DNA of 64,000 bases, from positions 864,001 to 928,000 of the forward strand of contig JBEPYO010000001.1 in the NCBI GenBank assembly GCA_041641295.1, written 5' to 3'. The notes under the pieces were generated by a model. The model was not told the origin of the DNA and made no database searches. It was given only the letters and a program-made list of their open reading frames with translations. Below are positions 25,015-35,529 of the stretch, piece by piece. A program made the position numbers and the translations under genes. Position 1 is the stretch's first letter. The number at the start of each line of letters is the position of its first letter. The stretch comes from Nitrososphaerota archaeon. GTDB taxonomy: Archaea > Thermoproteota > Nitrososphaeria_A > Caldarchaeales > Calditenuaceae.

Positions 25015-26286
25015 GTGGACGACTTTCAGTTGAAAGAGAGGGGTGACCCCCTCAGCGACCTGCTGGCGCGGGTCTCAGCCTCGTCGCGGATATTCAAGGA
25101 TAGGGAGGTCTTGCGGGCCGACTATATTCCTGGCAACCTGCCGCATAGGTGGGAGCATATCAAGAGGCTGGGTGAGATCGTCTCAACAGGTCTCAAGATG
25201 CATAGGCCGAGCAACGTCTTCATATACGGCAAGACTGGGACAGGTAAGACAGCTGTCGTCAAGCACGTCTTCAAGAGGTTCTCCGCGGAGGCTGAGAGGC
25301 TCGGCATTCCACTCCGCTTCGTCTACATCAACTGCAGGATTGCGGGGACTGAGTACAGAGTCTTGGCCGAACTCTGCGAATCCCTCGGCGTACAAGTACC
25401 ATTCACGGGCCTCTCAAAGAGCGAGGTCTTCAACAGGTTCAGGAGAGCCCACACCTCATCACAGAACCTCCTGATAGTATGTCTGGACGAGATTGACGTC
25501 TTGGTTAAGGGGTTTGGGGACGCCCTGCTATACGAGCTGACTAGGATAAATGAGGGGATTGAGGGGAGCAAGCTCTCCCTCATCGGAGTGTCGAACGACC
25601 TCATGTTTAAGGAGATGCTGGACCCGAGGGTTTTGAGCAGTCTGAGTGAGGAGGAGATCGTCTTCCACCCCTACACCGCTGTAGAGCTCGTCGATATTCT
25701 GAGCGAGAGAGCTAGACTTGCCTTTCACGAAGGAGCCGTCCCCCAGTCGACCATAAACCTCTGCGCAGCCCTTGCAGCTGCTGAGCACGGTGACGCTAGG
25801 AGGGCGCTCGACCTCTTGAGGGTGGCTGGTGAGATTGCTGAGAGGAATATGGCTGAGAGGGTTGAGGAGCAGCATGTGCGCATGGCGCTTGGCGTGATTG
25901 AGCAGGGCCGCGTCTTCGAGGCCTTGACGACTCTCCCTCTCCACGGCAGGATCGTCCTCCTCGCAGTCTATCACGCGACTCTCCGCTCACCAAGCAAAAT
26001 AACCTCAGGCCTGGTCTACCAGCACTACCGCTCGCTCTGTAGCCAGCTGGGCCTCGAGCCTCTCACGGACAGGAGGATCAGCACCCTAATCTCGGAGCTA
26101 GACATGCTCGGGGTCCTCTCGAGCAACGTCATAAGCTATGGGAGGTATGGGAGGACTAGGAAGATTTCCTTGAAGATTCCGGTGGACGAGGTTAGGCAGG
26201 CGCTGGAGCGAGACGAGTTCCTATCCCACCTCTTGGACCAGGAAGTGGCTCAGGCGGGTAGCGTGGAGAGTGAGCGAGGTAGCTAG
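25015..26286 (+). CDS. cdc6: Orc1/Cdc6 replication initiator
   Basis: YIPGNLPHR, YGKTGTGKT, LDEID, GDARRALDLL, wHTH with GRYGRTR. Confidence 0.96.
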   Translation: MDDFQLKERGDPLSDLLARVSASSRIFKDREVLRADYIPGNLPHRWEHIKRLGEIVSTGLKMHRPSNVFIYGKTGTGKTAVVKHVFKRFSAEAERLGIPLRFVYINCRIAGTEYRVLAELCESLGVQVPFTGLSKSEVFNRFRRAHTSSQNLLIVCLDEIDVLVKGFGDALLYELTRINEGIEGSKLSLIGVSNDLMFKEMLDPRVLSSLSEEEIVFHPYTAVELVDILSERARLAFHEGAVPQSTINLCAALAAAEHGDARRALDLLRVAGEIAERNMAERVEEQHVRMALGVIEQGRVFEALTTLPLHGRIVLLAVYHATLRSPSKITSGLVYQHYRSLCSQLGLEPLTDRRISTLISELDMLGVLSSNVISYGRYGRTRKISLKIPVDEVRQALERDEFLSHLLDQEVAQAGSVESERGS

Positions 26287-27706
26287 GAGGCTTGCGGTCA
26301 AGGCGATTGAGCGGGGCTACCAGCTCTCAGCCGAGGCCCTGGAAAGACTGCTCAAGGATGAGAATCCTCTAGGCCTCCTCGACGAGCTTCTCGCTTGGCT
26401 TGAGGGTAGGCGCACCAGCCAAGTAATAATAGACAGGCCCACGCTCGAGTTATTTCTGGCGGGCAGGGTTGCTCGGGCCGGGGCCCCAGAGGAGGAGCAG
26501 CCCCTAGAGATTGTCCTCGAGTCCCCCACCTATGAGGACTTGGCGATAGAGGGTGTGGCTGAGGAGCAGCGAATCTACCTGCTCTCTAGGTTCCAGTCCA
26601 TTCGACGGGTCTTCGAAGAGCGGGGCCTAAGCCTCAGGCCCGCCAAGGAGCTGATGAGAGAAGGGGGCGAAGGCTATGTCGTGGGAATGGTCTTGAGCAT
26701 CGTGCGCCGAGACACACACTTTCTAGTCGAGATGGAGGACCCCGTCGATACTTGGAGCCTGATAGCCCCCACACGAGACAGGGCCCTGGCGGCGAAGATG
26801 GAGTACATTCTGCCGGACATGGTCGTCGTCTTCCGTGCGAGGTCTAGGAGGGGTCCATTGGTGGCCAGCGACGTCTATCTACCCGACACAGCGGGGAAGA
26901 AGCAGGCTTGGAGAGGCCCCGACAAGAACATCTGTATAATCTCGGACCTTCACATAGGCAGTGAGAGACACGCGGCAGAGAGGCTCAAAAGCTTCCTCGA
27001 CTGGATCTGCGGCCCCGAGAACGAGGCCGAGAAGACAACACTCCTCATAATCAATGGAGACTTGGTCGACGGGGTGTATGTGTATCCTGGGCAGGAGTCC
27101 GAACTCAGCCTGAAGTCGTATGCCGAGCAGTTCGCTGCAGCGGCCAGAACCCTCTCAAGAATCCCGGAGCACGTCAAGATCATCTACGTGCCGGGAAACC
27201 ATGAGCCTTGCAGGAGGGCCCTCCCCCAGCCTCCTGTCCAAGCAAGGTATCGACAGCTGCTCGGGGGTGGTGGTAGGATAGTCTATGCAGGCAATCCCGC
27301 GTGGATTAGGGTCGGAGGCCTAAAGATACTCGCGTTCCATGGCCAGACTCTCGACGACGTGATACAGGCCGGGACACTCTTCAGCTACTCGACACTCCGT
27401 GAAAGGTCTAGCGAGATGATGGAGCTACTCCTCAAGGCCAGACACCTGGCACCCACACTGGGCCTCTCAACACCCATACTCCCCACGAGGACCGACTATC
27501 TCGCAATACCCGAGCAGCCCGACATCCTCTGCCTAGGACACACCCACGTAGCGGCCTACACAACCTACAAGGGAACACAGCTGGTAAACAGCGGCTCATG
27601 GCAGGAGCAGACAAAGCTCCAAGAGAGCATAGGCCTTGAACCAACTGTCGGAACAGTGGTCCTGCTAAACCTCAAATCACTGTCAATACGCTTCCTATCC
27701 TTCTAG
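26270..27706 (+). CDS. dp1: DNA polymerase D small subunit (DP1)
   Basis: OB-fold region then SDLHIGS, GDLVDG, PGNHE, FHG, RHLAPT, GHTH, NSGSWQ. Confidence 0.93.
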   Translation: MSEVARRLAVKAIERGYQLSAEALERLLKDENPLGLLDELLAWLEGRRTSQVIIDRPTLELFLAGRVARAGAPEEEQPLEIVLESPTYEDLAIEGVAEEQRIYLLSRFQSIRRVFEERGLSLRPAKELMREGGEGYVVGMVLSIVRRDTHFLVEMEDPVDTWSLIAPTRDRALAAKMEYILPDMVVVFRARSRRGPLVASDVYLPDTAGKKQAWRGPDKNICIISDLHIGSERHAAERLKSFLDWICGPENEAEKTTLLIINGDLVDGVYVYPGQESELSLKSYAEQFAAAARTLSRIPEHVKIIYVPGNHEPCRRALPQPPVQARYRQLLGGGGRIVYAGNPAWIRVGGLKILAFHGQTLDDVIQAGTLFSYSTLRERSSEMMELLLKARHLAPTLGLSTPILPTRTDYLAIPEQPDILCLGHTHVAAYTTYKGTQLVNSGSWQEQTKLQESIGLEPTVGTVVLLNLKSLSIRFLSF

Positions 27707-27816
27707 CTGGATCGGCAGGTAGGGACTGGTGTTTTTCTGCATTTGCTATATCAATTTTTCCACCCATTAAAGCCGGGTAGGATTATTTATAGAGGTCTGG
27801 CTGTTCTGAAGGCGGT

Positions 27817-29700
27817 TTGGAGGCCTCTGGAGGGAGATTTAAGCGGGAAATAGGCTGGTTCAGCGCCTTCTCCATGGGCTTCGGCGACGTAGGGGCCGAC
27901 GTATTCATAGCCCTAGGGGTTGTGATGCTCTACGCAGGTGGGGCTGCTTTCATAGCCTTCGCGGTCACGGCCATAGCCTATGTAGCCATCAGCCTCTCAT
28001 ACGCTGAGCTGGCGCCGGCCTACCCCTACGCGGGAGGCGTACAGGTGTACTCCCTCAGGGCCTGGGATACTTTTGGAAGCTTCATCGCAGGCTGGGCAAT
28101 ACTACTTGACTACGTGCTATGCCTCTCACTCTTCGCCACGGCCGCAGCCGGATACTTCAAGTTCCTAATCCCCCAGGTTAAGGATTTAGCCCTGCAGCTG
28201 GGGCCCATAACCATTGGAAGCCTCGGCACTATAGCCGCTGCGATAGTCCTCCTCCTAATCGCGCTAAACTATTTTGGCATCAAGTATTCGGCCGGGGTGG
28301 TTGCAGGGATAGTCGCGTTCGGACTTATCATCCAATCACTCGTGATCATTCTGGGATTCTTGACGGTCTTCGACCCGGCTAGATTCTCCTCCCAGCTCTT
28401 CGTGGTCGGAAACCCCGAGCCCCAAGAGGAGGTATTCTACCCTCCGGGCCTCAGCTTCTCTGAGAGCAACTTCCTATACGGTCTGACGATAGCCATGGCA
28501 TCATACATTGGCGTAGAGTCGATAGCCCAGGCGGCTGAGGAGACGCGGAGGCCGCACCGCTGGATACCTAGGGCTACGATGCTCTGCGCAGTCATGGTTC
28601 CGCTCTTCGTCTTATTGTTCAGCTCAATCGCGTTGGGTGCCACAGACTGGCGGAATATCGCCGCCGCGATCGAGAACCCCATAGCAACCCTAGTGAGCAT
28701 GTATCAGGTATTCGGCGCGGAGTTAGCCATGCTGGTCTCGTTCACGGCGATAATCCTCACTACCGCCTCCTCGAATACCGGGCTTATAGGGGTCACGCGG
28801 CTGGCCGCGAGCATGGGGAAACTCGGGCTCCTACCCCAATGGCTCTACGTAATCCACAGGCGATATGGGACGCCTACGCGAGCTATAATCTTCTTCGGCA
28901 TCATAGGCCTCCTACTAACCCTCCCCGGCGACATACCCTTCCTAGCTAGCCTCTACAACTTCGGCGCCTCCCTCAGCTACATCATGCTCCTCCTCTCACT
29001 GATCATCCTCAGAAACAAAGAGCCACTCGTCTACAGGCCGTGGAAATTGAAACCAACCCTTCGACTAAAGCGCGGAGATAGGGTCTACGAGATACCCCTC
29101 CTCAGCCTCATAGGCCTCATAATAGTCTCAGCAATATTCGCCCTATTCCTCCTCCTACACAGCATAGGACGCATCCTAGGCGTCGTATGGATGGCCGTCG
29201 GTGTAGCGGGCTTCTACATCTATAGAAAGCATTTTCTGAAGCGGCCTGTGAGGAGTGTTGAGGAGCAGGCCCTCGCAGTCCCCGCCGGCTACCTAATGCG
29301 TCTAACAGTTCTAGTGAGGCCGAGGGAAGATCCGAAAACGGTGGAAGAGACTCTACGCCGCTCGCTCGACAAGCGGTTCTCGCTAAAACTGCTCTCGGTA
29401 GTAGACCCGGAAGTAGAGGATGATGTGGAAGAGACGAGGCTTGAGGCTGAGAGGAACTTGGAGGAGGCCCGCAGGATGCTTGCATCTAGCGGCTTTGAGG
29501 TCGAGCACGAGGTGAGGGTGGGTAGCTACGACGAGATAGTGGATTGGGAGGTTGAGAAGGGTGGCTCCGACTTCATAGTCCTGCTGGTCAGGAGGTTTGA
29601 GAAGGCCGTGTTAGAGAAAGAGTCCATGCTAGACTCGAAGGTACACTCAGTCCTAGTGAGGCATCCTGCTAGAGTAATGTTGCTGAGAAAGCCAACCTAG
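27817..29700 (+). CDS. APC-family amino-acid permease with C-terminal USP-like domain
   Basis: SYAEL...AGG, YIGVES, TPTRAI, ~12 TM; soluble C-terminal domain. Confidence 0.88.
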   Translation: MEASGGRFKREIGWFSAFSMGFGDVGADVFIALGVVMLYAGGAAFIAFAVTAIAYVAISLSYAELAPAYPYAGGVQVYSLRAWDTFGSFIAGWAILLDYVLCLSLFATAAAGYFKFLIPQVKDLALQLGPITIGSLGTIAAAIVLLLIALNYFGIKYSAGVVAGIVAFGLIIQSLVIILGFLTVFDPARFSSQLFVVGNPEPQEEVFYPPGLSFSESNFLYGLTIAMASYIGVESIAQAAEETRRPHRWIPRATMLCAVMVPLFVLLFSSIALGATDWRNIAAAIENPIATLVSMYQVFGAELAMLVSFTAIILTTASSNTGLIGVTRLAASMGKLGLLPQWLYVIHRRYGTPTRAIIFFGIIGLLLTLPGDIPFLASLYNFGASLSYIMLLLSLIILRNKEPLVYRPWKLKPTLRLKRGDRVYEIPLLSLIGLIIVSAIFALFLLLHSIGRILGVVWMAVGVAGFYIYRKHFLKRPVRSVEEQALAVPAGYLMRLTVLVRPREDPKTVEETLRRSLDKRFSLKLLSVVDPEVEDDVEETRLEAERNLEEARRMLASSGFEVEHEVRVGSYDEIVDWEVEKGGSDFIVLLVRRFEKAVLEKESMLDSKVHSVLVRHPARVMLLRKPT

Positions 29701-29707
29701 CACACAC

Positions 29708-29986
29708 TTACTCCCAAGTCTCCACGCCGTTCTTCTTATGCGTGTGCAGTATAACAGATGTCACAGAGCTCTTAACACCCTCCACACCGGACAGCACCTT
29801 GGATATGAACTCTCTCAACTCCTCAACACTCGAAACAGCAACCACCACTATAGCGTCATACTCGCCCGTCACCTCATAGACGTCCAGAGTCTGAGGAAGC
29901 TTGGCAAGCCTCTCACAAACACTCTCAAGCTTCCCCGCCTCGACGAAGAGGTGAAGCACCGCCTTAACACTAGCAGACAACTCCAT
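29708..29986 (-). CDS. Lrp/AsnC ligand-binding domain protein
   Basis: VYEVTGEYDAIV...VEGVKSSVTSVIL. Confidence 0.85.
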   Translation of the reverse strand: MELSASVKAVLHLFVEAGKLESVCERLAKLPQTLDVYEVTGEYDAIVVVAVSSVEELREFISKVLSGVEGVKSSVTSVILHTHKKNGVETWE

Positions 29987-30031
29987 TAACTCGGGCACTC
30001 TCAAGCTCCCTAATTAATTTGGACCCTTATA

Positions 30032-30138
30032 TGGGGCCGGTGGGACTTGAACCCACGGCTTCCGGGTTTCTTCTGTGCCAGCTACGCTTGTTGATGGGAT
30101 CTGGAGCCCGGCGCCCTACCTTGCTAGGCCACGGCCCC
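30032..30138 (-). tRNA. tRNA-Trp(CCA) with 33-nt intron at canonical 37/38 (30068-30100)
   Basis: CCGGG-CT-CCA-G[intron]A-CCCGG anticodon arm, T arm GTGGG-TTCAAGT-CCCAC. Confidence 0.9.
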
Positions 30139-30252
30139 TTCCGCCTCTCTGAGAGGTGGAAAACTACAATTAATCCTTTTCCCGTTTGATCGCTTGGCGG
30201 GAAACGTTAAAGCATGGTCTTGAAGTATTTTACCCGTCTGGTGTGATGCTCT

Positions 30253-31137
30253 GTGAAGCTGGCCAGGTTTAGGATTGGAGAGCTCACGACCTACGGGTTT
30301 GTTGAGGGGGACTACGTGGTTTCTAGAGAGGAGTTGGAGGAGGCTGTGGGCCTCGCACTACCACCCTACTTCTCGGACTTTGTTGAGAGGCTTGTCGTCG
30401 AGCAGGATTTTCGAAAACTGGTGCTGGAGGCCGCTGGGAAGGTTCCGCGCGTCTTGAAGCTCAGCCAAGTCAAACTCCTCGCACCAACCGATAATAAGCC
30501 GAAGATAATCTGCATCGGGCTCAACTATAAGGACCATGCTGAGGAGTCGAAGGCCGAGGTGCCCGAAGAGCCTATAATATTCATGAAACCCCACACGGCC
30601 CTGACTGGGCCATACGACCCTGTCGAGTATCCCTCAATCGTCACGCAGCTCGACTATGAGGCAGAGCTTGCTGTGGTTATTGGGAGGAGGTGTCGGGGCG
30701 TGAAGCCGGGCGAGGCACCAGACTTTATCTGCGGCTACGCTGCCTTCAACGACATATCTGCCAGGAACCTCCAGTTCAAGGACAAGCAGTGGACCCGCGG
30801 AAAATCATTCGACACATTCGCGCCCATGGGCCCGTGGATAGTCACGCGCGACGAGATACCTGACCCTCAGAACCTTAGGATAATGTCCCGCGTCAACGGG
30901 GAGACGAGGCAGGACTCGAATACGAGGAACATGATCTTCGGAGTCTACTATCTGGTCTCGTTCATAAGCATGGTTATGACGCTTGAGCCGGGCGATGTCA
31001 TAGCGACGGGGACTCCTGCAGGCGTCGGGATATTTGCCAAGCCGGAGCCGAAGCTACTCAAGATTAATGACGTGGTCGAGGTGGAGGTTGAAGGCATAGG
31101 AGTGTTAAGAAACACAATTGTTAAGGGCCGTGTATGA
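30253..31137 (+). CDS. Fumarylacetoacetate hydrolase family protein
   Basis: CIGLNYKDH, DYEAEL, NDISAR, GKSFDTF, TGTPAGVG. Confidence 0.92.
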   Translation: MKLARFRIGELTTYGFVEGDYVVSREELEEAVGLALPPYFSDFVERLVVEQDFRKLVLEAAGKVPRVLKLSQVKLLAPTDNKPKIICIGLNYKDHAEESKAEVPEEPIIFMKPHTALTGPYDPVEYPSIVTQLDYEAELAVVIGRRCRGVKPGEAPDFICGYAAFNDISARNLQFKDKQWTRGKSFDTFAPMGPWIVTRDEIPDPQNLRIMSRVNGETRQDSNTRNMIFGVYYLVSFISMVMTLEPGDVIATGTPAGVGIFAKPEPKLLKINDVVEVEVEGIGVLRNTIVKGRV

Positions 31138-31278
31138 GCCTGTTTTAGCTTCGTGCATCAAGATTTATGCTATTGAGGCATAAAGCATCTTTTTTGATGC
31201 AACAACACAAGAGTAAGCGGAAAACAAATATGAGAAGCCTTATTATCTCTTAAGCATCATCTAGGGTGTGGTGGGTTA

Positions 31279-32604
31279 TTGGATCAGGTAAAGCTTGGGG
31301 AGCTGGCTGTAAAGTATTCGAGGCTTTATGGAGGTAAGATAGAGGTTCATCCAAAGGTCCCGGTCAGGGGGCTTCAGGACTTCTCGATCTGGTATACACC
31401 AGGTGTTGCTGAGGTTTGCAAGGCTATTGTGAAGAACAGAGACGAGGCCTTCAGCCTGACCAATAGGTGGAACACGATAGCGGTGCTGACCAATGGGACG
31501 CGTGTTCTGGGTCTAGGTAACATTGGACCAGAGGCGGGCCTGCCGGTGATGGAGGGAAAGGCGCTGATCTTCAAGTATCTCGGCGGAGTCGATGCGATCC
31601 CCTTGGCCGTGAGGGCTGAGTCTCCGGAGCAGTTCATACAGGTTGCGAAGGCGTTGGAGCCGTCCTTCGGAGGCCTAAACCTCGAGGACATCCAATCACC
31701 CGACTGCTTCTACATACTTGAGAGACTCATGTCGGATCTGGAGATTCCGGTCTGGCACGACGATCAGTTAGGAACGGCCGCTGCGACGCTTGCAGCTCTC
31801 ATCAACGCTCTCAAACTTACGGGCCGCTCACCTAGAGAGTGCAGGGTGGTCCTACTAGGTGCTGGTGCTGCGAACATAGCTACGGCCGTCCTCCTCGAGA
31901 AGTACTGCTTCGACCCTGGTAAGATGATCCTAATCGATAGGAATGGGATACTCCACTCTGAGAGGGAGGATATGGACTCGCTGATGCTGAAGAATCGCTG
32001 GAAGTATGAGATAGCCCTCAAGACGAATAGGGATAAGGTGAAGGGTGGGCTGAGGGAGGCTCTGGTGGGAGCTGACGTGCTCATAGCTGCGTCAACCCCG
32101 GGGCCGGGAGTTGTTAAGCCCGAGGATGTGGAGTTGATGGAGAAGGACGCGATAGTCTTTGCCCTCGCAAACCCTGTGCCCGAGATATGGCCTTGGGAGG
32201 CCAAGAGGGCTGGAGCCGCCATAGTCGCTACTGGGAGAAGCGACCTCCCAAACCAGGTGAACAACAGCCTGATATTCCCCTCAGTCTTCCGAGGAGCCCT
32301 CGACTGCAGTGCCCGCCGAATCTCCTATGAAGCGATGATCCGGGGGGCGGAGGAGCTTGCGCGATGTGCAGAAGAGAAGGGTCTCTCACCCGACTACATT
32401 ATACCGACTATGGAGGAGTGGACGGTCTATCCGAGGGTGGCGGCCGCTGTCGCGCAAACCCTGTCGAGACAGGGGCTTGCCCGTCGAAAGATTAGCTATG
32501 AGGAGGAGCTTGAGCGGGCGAGTGAGATAATATCGAGGTCTAGGCGGATTCTCAGCGCGCTGGTCGATTCGAGGATTGTGGAGGTTCCGGCCTCCGAGGG
32601 TTAG
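31279..32604 (+). CDS. mae: NAD(P)-dependent malic enzyme
   Basis: YTPGVA, VMEGKA, NLEDI, HDDQ, GAGAA, ANPVPEI, ATGRSD. Confidence 0.93.
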   Translation: MDQVKLGELAVKYSRLYGGKIEVHPKVPVRGLQDFSIWYTPGVAEVCKAIVKNRDEAFSLTNRWNTIAVLTNGTRVLGLGNIGPEAGLPVMEGKALIFKYLGGVDAIPLAVRAESPEQFIQVAKALEPSFGGLNLEDIQSPDCFYILERLMSDLEIPVWHDDQLGTAAATLAALINALKLTGRSPRECRVVLLGAGAANIATAVLLEKYCFDPGKMILIDRNGILHSEREDMDSLMLKNRWKYEIALKTNRDKVKGGLREALVGADVLIAASTPGPGVVKPEDVELMEKDAIVFALANPVPEIWPWEAKRAGAAIVATGRSDLPNQVNNSLIFPSVFRGALDCSARRISYEAMIRGAEELARCAEEKGLSPDYIIPTMEEWTVYPRVAAAVAQTLSRQGLARRKISYEEELERASEIISRSRRILSALVDSRIVEVPASEG

Positions 32605-32631
32605 TCGGGGGAGACTGGTTAAGGAGATATA

Positions 32632-33078
32632 TTGTGGCTTCGTGATGAATGGCTGGTGGCTAGGGTTAGTCTTAGCAGGCTTGAGGCAGTCTACCTCGTC
32701 GAGCTCCATAAAATGGCTGATGGGGGGCGTACTGGGACTAGCGCTCTTGCTGCTAGGTTTGGTGTAAGGGAGGCGAGTGTGGTGGATGTGGTTAAGAGGC
32801 TTGAGGAGAAGGGACTGGTTGTGAGGGAGCCGTGGAGGTCGATATCTCTGACTAGGCGGGGAGAGTCTCTAGCCGAGCAGCTCATACACAACCACCGCGT
32901 CATAGAGACATATTTCCACAGGGTCCTCAACCTCCCAGCCCAGCTCGCATGTAGCGAGGCCCAGAAACTCGACAGCATCTTGAGTTGGAGGACAATAGCC
33001 TCGATGTGCCGCGCCCTAAACCACCCAAAAACATGCATACACGGCGAAGAGATAAAACACTATAAGCGGTGTAGGTAG
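32632..33078 (+). CDS. DtxR/MntR-family metal-dependent regulator
   Basis: YL...LAARFGVREASV...LEEKGLV, HRVIE, P..CIHGEEI. Confidence 0.88.
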   Translation: MWLRDEWLVARVSLSRLEAVYLVELHKMADGGRTGTSALAARFGVREASVVDVVKRLEEKGLVVREPWRSISLTRRGESLAEQLIHNHRVIETYFHRVLNLPAQLACSEAQKLDSILSWRTIASMCRALNHPKTCIHGEEIKHYKRCR

Positions 33079-33084
33079 AGCCGA

Positions 33085-34137
33085 CTATTGTACCACCTTT
33101 CTGAGGCGGCGAGGCCTGTCAGGGTCAAGCCCCTTCTCCAGCGCAGTATAATAGGCGAGGAGCTGGAATGGGACAACCTCGACCGCCGTCGCAAACACAT
33201 GGGCTATCTTCGGAAGAGAAAGGTCGGCACCCAGCCCCCCACCCTCATGAGAGAGCATCAAGGTCTGTGAATCCGCCGACACAGCCTCGGCGGCCACCTT
33301 CTCGAAGACCTCCAAATAGTCGCCGGGCTCCGGCGGTGCTATGAATATGCAGGCGGCATCGCTGTCGAGTAGGGAGATGGGGCCGTGCCTGAACTCGCCT
33401 ATTGAGTAGGCCTCCGCATGTATTCCGCAGGTCTCCTTAAGTTTGAGCGATGCCTCGAGGGCCGCTATGTAGGAGGGGCCGTAGCCGAGGATAAAAGCGT
33501 GCCTAACATTCGCCAGCCTCTTGGCCTGCCTCTGCATAAGCCCTTCGGAGCGGTCTATTGTCTGTTCTAGGAGGATGGGAAGCATGGTCAAGTCCTCCCT
33601 AACCGAGCCCGTCCTCCCCGCTCCATGCTTGGCAGAGGCTAGGCCGAGGGCGAGGGAATAGACCGCCGCCAGCTGGGCCATGAAGCTCTTAGTTGCCGGA
33701 ACAGCCCTCTCCACCCCACACCTAGCCTCTACAACGTAGCGGGCCAGAGACCCAAGCGTGCTAGCCGGAACACTCGTCAAAGCTAGAACGTCAACATTCT
33801 TCGACGAGGCGAGCCTAGCGGCTCTAACCGTATCCACGGACTCGCCTGACTGCGAGATGGCAACTAGGAGGTGATCCCTCTGGAGAAAGTTGTGGATGTG
33901 CTCCGAATACTCTGAGGCCTGGACCGAGTAGGCCTCAATTCCTGCGAGCCTCGAGGCGGCGTAGCTGAGGCAGAGGCCTGCGTGATGTGAAGAACCACTA
34001 CTGCATGTTACGAGACACCTATACCTTGAACTTATCTCGCCCCAGAGACCATCTATCGCGCTGAGAGCCTCAAGTGTCTCACGAAAGACAGCAGGCCCCT
34101 CGCGGATCTCTCGTATCATGTGGTGGCTGGCCGTCAA
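33085..34137 (-). CDS. Double-SIS-domain sugar isomerase/deglycase (GlmS C-terminal-like)
   Basis: SSGSS, SQSGES, ATKS, LKLKE, EFRHGP, PDRPRRLRK; no glutaminase domain. Confidence 0.88.
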   Translation of the reverse strand: MTASHHMIREIREGPAVFRETLEALSAIDGLWGEISSRYRCLVTCSSGSSHHAGLCLSYAASRLAGIEAYSVQASEYSEHIHNFLQRDHLLVAISQSGESVDTVRAARLASSKNVDVLALTSVPASTLGSLARYVVEARCGVERAVPATKSFMAQLAAVYSLALGLASAKHGAGRTGSVREDLTMLPILLEQTIDRSEGLMQRQAKRLANVRHAFILGYGPSYIAALEASLKLKETCGIHAEAYSIGEFRHGPISLLDSDAACIFIAPPEPGDYLEVFEKVAAEAVSADSQTLMLSHEGGGLGADLSLPKIAHVFATAVEVVPFQLLAYYTALEKGLDPDRPRRLRKVVQ

Positions 34138-34184
34138 CCCCTCCTCACTACCAGCGCCTCACCCTGCCCTTAAAGGGTTGTTGG

Positions 34185-35309
34185 TCATCGCCGCGTCTTC
34201 CGGAACTTCTCGAGGTCCTCCTCTCTAATCGATATGCCGAGTCCGGGCCTTGTGGGAGGCTCGAACTCCCCATTAGAGTGTTTAATCGCATCTCCAGCCA
34301 ACGCCTCCCTGAGCGGATTAGGCCTGAGGTGGAACTCGATGATTGGCGAGTCGATTGTGAGGGCCGTGTGAAGGCTTGCGACGAATCCTATCCCACCCGC
34401 CGAGTAGTGGGGTATCAGCGGGAGACCATAGCTCCTCGCGAGAACACCTATCCTCAACATCTCCGTTATCCCACCATTCCAGGCCGCGTCAGCTTGGACA
34501 ATATCGACGGCATATCTCGAGATAAGCTCCCTGAACTCGTGTATCGTGAAGGCGGTCTCGTAGCCTGCTATCGGCACGTCCAGCTGCGCCGCTAGCCTCG
34601 CACTTAGCTCGGGATAATCAGTGGATATCGGCTCCTCGAAGAAAAGTATACCCAGCTTCTCCAATCCCCTCCCCATCCTCAAGGCCTGGTTGAAGTCGTA
34701 GACATTGTTGGCGTCCACCGCGATCCCCAGCCCCTCGCCGAATCTTTCCCTCAGAGCTGAGAGGCGTTTAAGGTCTTCCTCGATGCTGAGGCCACCCACC
34801 TTAATCTTGACGGTCTTGAAGCCGCTTCTAACATATCCCTCAACCTCCTCAATAAGCCTTGGAATATCCTTGTCAGGCCTGTAGTATCCTCCCGTTATGT
34901 ATCCCTTCATCTTTCTAGAGTTACCGCCGAGAAGCCTGTGAATCGGCGCCCCGAACTCCTTCCCCGCCAAGTCCCAGAGGGCTATGTCAACCCCACTCAT
35001 CGCCGAGACCACTATCCCCCTCCTCCCAAGCCTGAAGGTGGCCTTGTACATCTTGTCCCAGAGATACCAGATGTTCGTCGACTCCTCACCCCTAACTATC
35101 CGGCTCAAAACACTGTTGACAGTAACCGCCACACTCTCGGGAGAGCCATAGCCTATCGCCTCGCCGAAACCCACACCCCCATCAGAGGTCTCAACGCGTA
35201 CGAGGCAAACCTCCATCGGATGCTCAGCACCACCGACGACCGCCAGAGCATCCCTCTCATAAAACTCCGTAAACTCCAAAACCTCACAACCCACACTAGC
35301 GATCTTCAA
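34185..35309 (-). CDS. Mandelate racemase/muconate lactonizing (enolase superfamily) enzyme
   Basis: DIALWDL.GK, KIKVG, VDAN, EEP, PGLG. Confidence 0.92.
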   Translation of the reverse strand: MKIASVGCEVLEFTEFYERDALAVVGGAEHPMEVCLVRVETSDGGVGFGEAIGYGSPESVAVTVNSVLSRIVRGEESTNIWYLWDKMYKATFRLGRRGIVVSAMSGVDIALWDLAGKEFGAPIHRLLGGNSRKMKGYITGGYYRPDKDIPRLIEEVEGYVRSGFKTVKIKVGGLSIEEDLKRLSALRERFGEGLGIAVDANNVYDFNQALRMGRGLEKLGILFFEEPISTDYPELSARLAAQLDVPIAGYETAFTIHEFRELISRYAVDIVQADAAWNGGITEMLRIGVLARSYGLPLIPHYSAGGIGFVASLHTALTIDSPIIEFHLRPNPLREALAGDAIKHSNGEFEPPTRPGLGISIREEDLEKFRKTRR

Positions 35310-35529
35310 GACAAAGAGAGAGGTAGCACAGAGAAATTAAACATTTTCACAATCGAGTGTAACAAGCTGGTGTGTGCTTAATCCGCGTAATCAGAAGGGG
35401 TAAGAAACTTCAACATATTCTACCAGATGATAAGAACAAGAGGTGGCAGCTAGCCATGCTTAGCCAGACACTATCGGCGGTACTTAGGAAAGGCTTAAAT
35501 AGGTTAAACCTCCTCCTAATGCGATAAAC

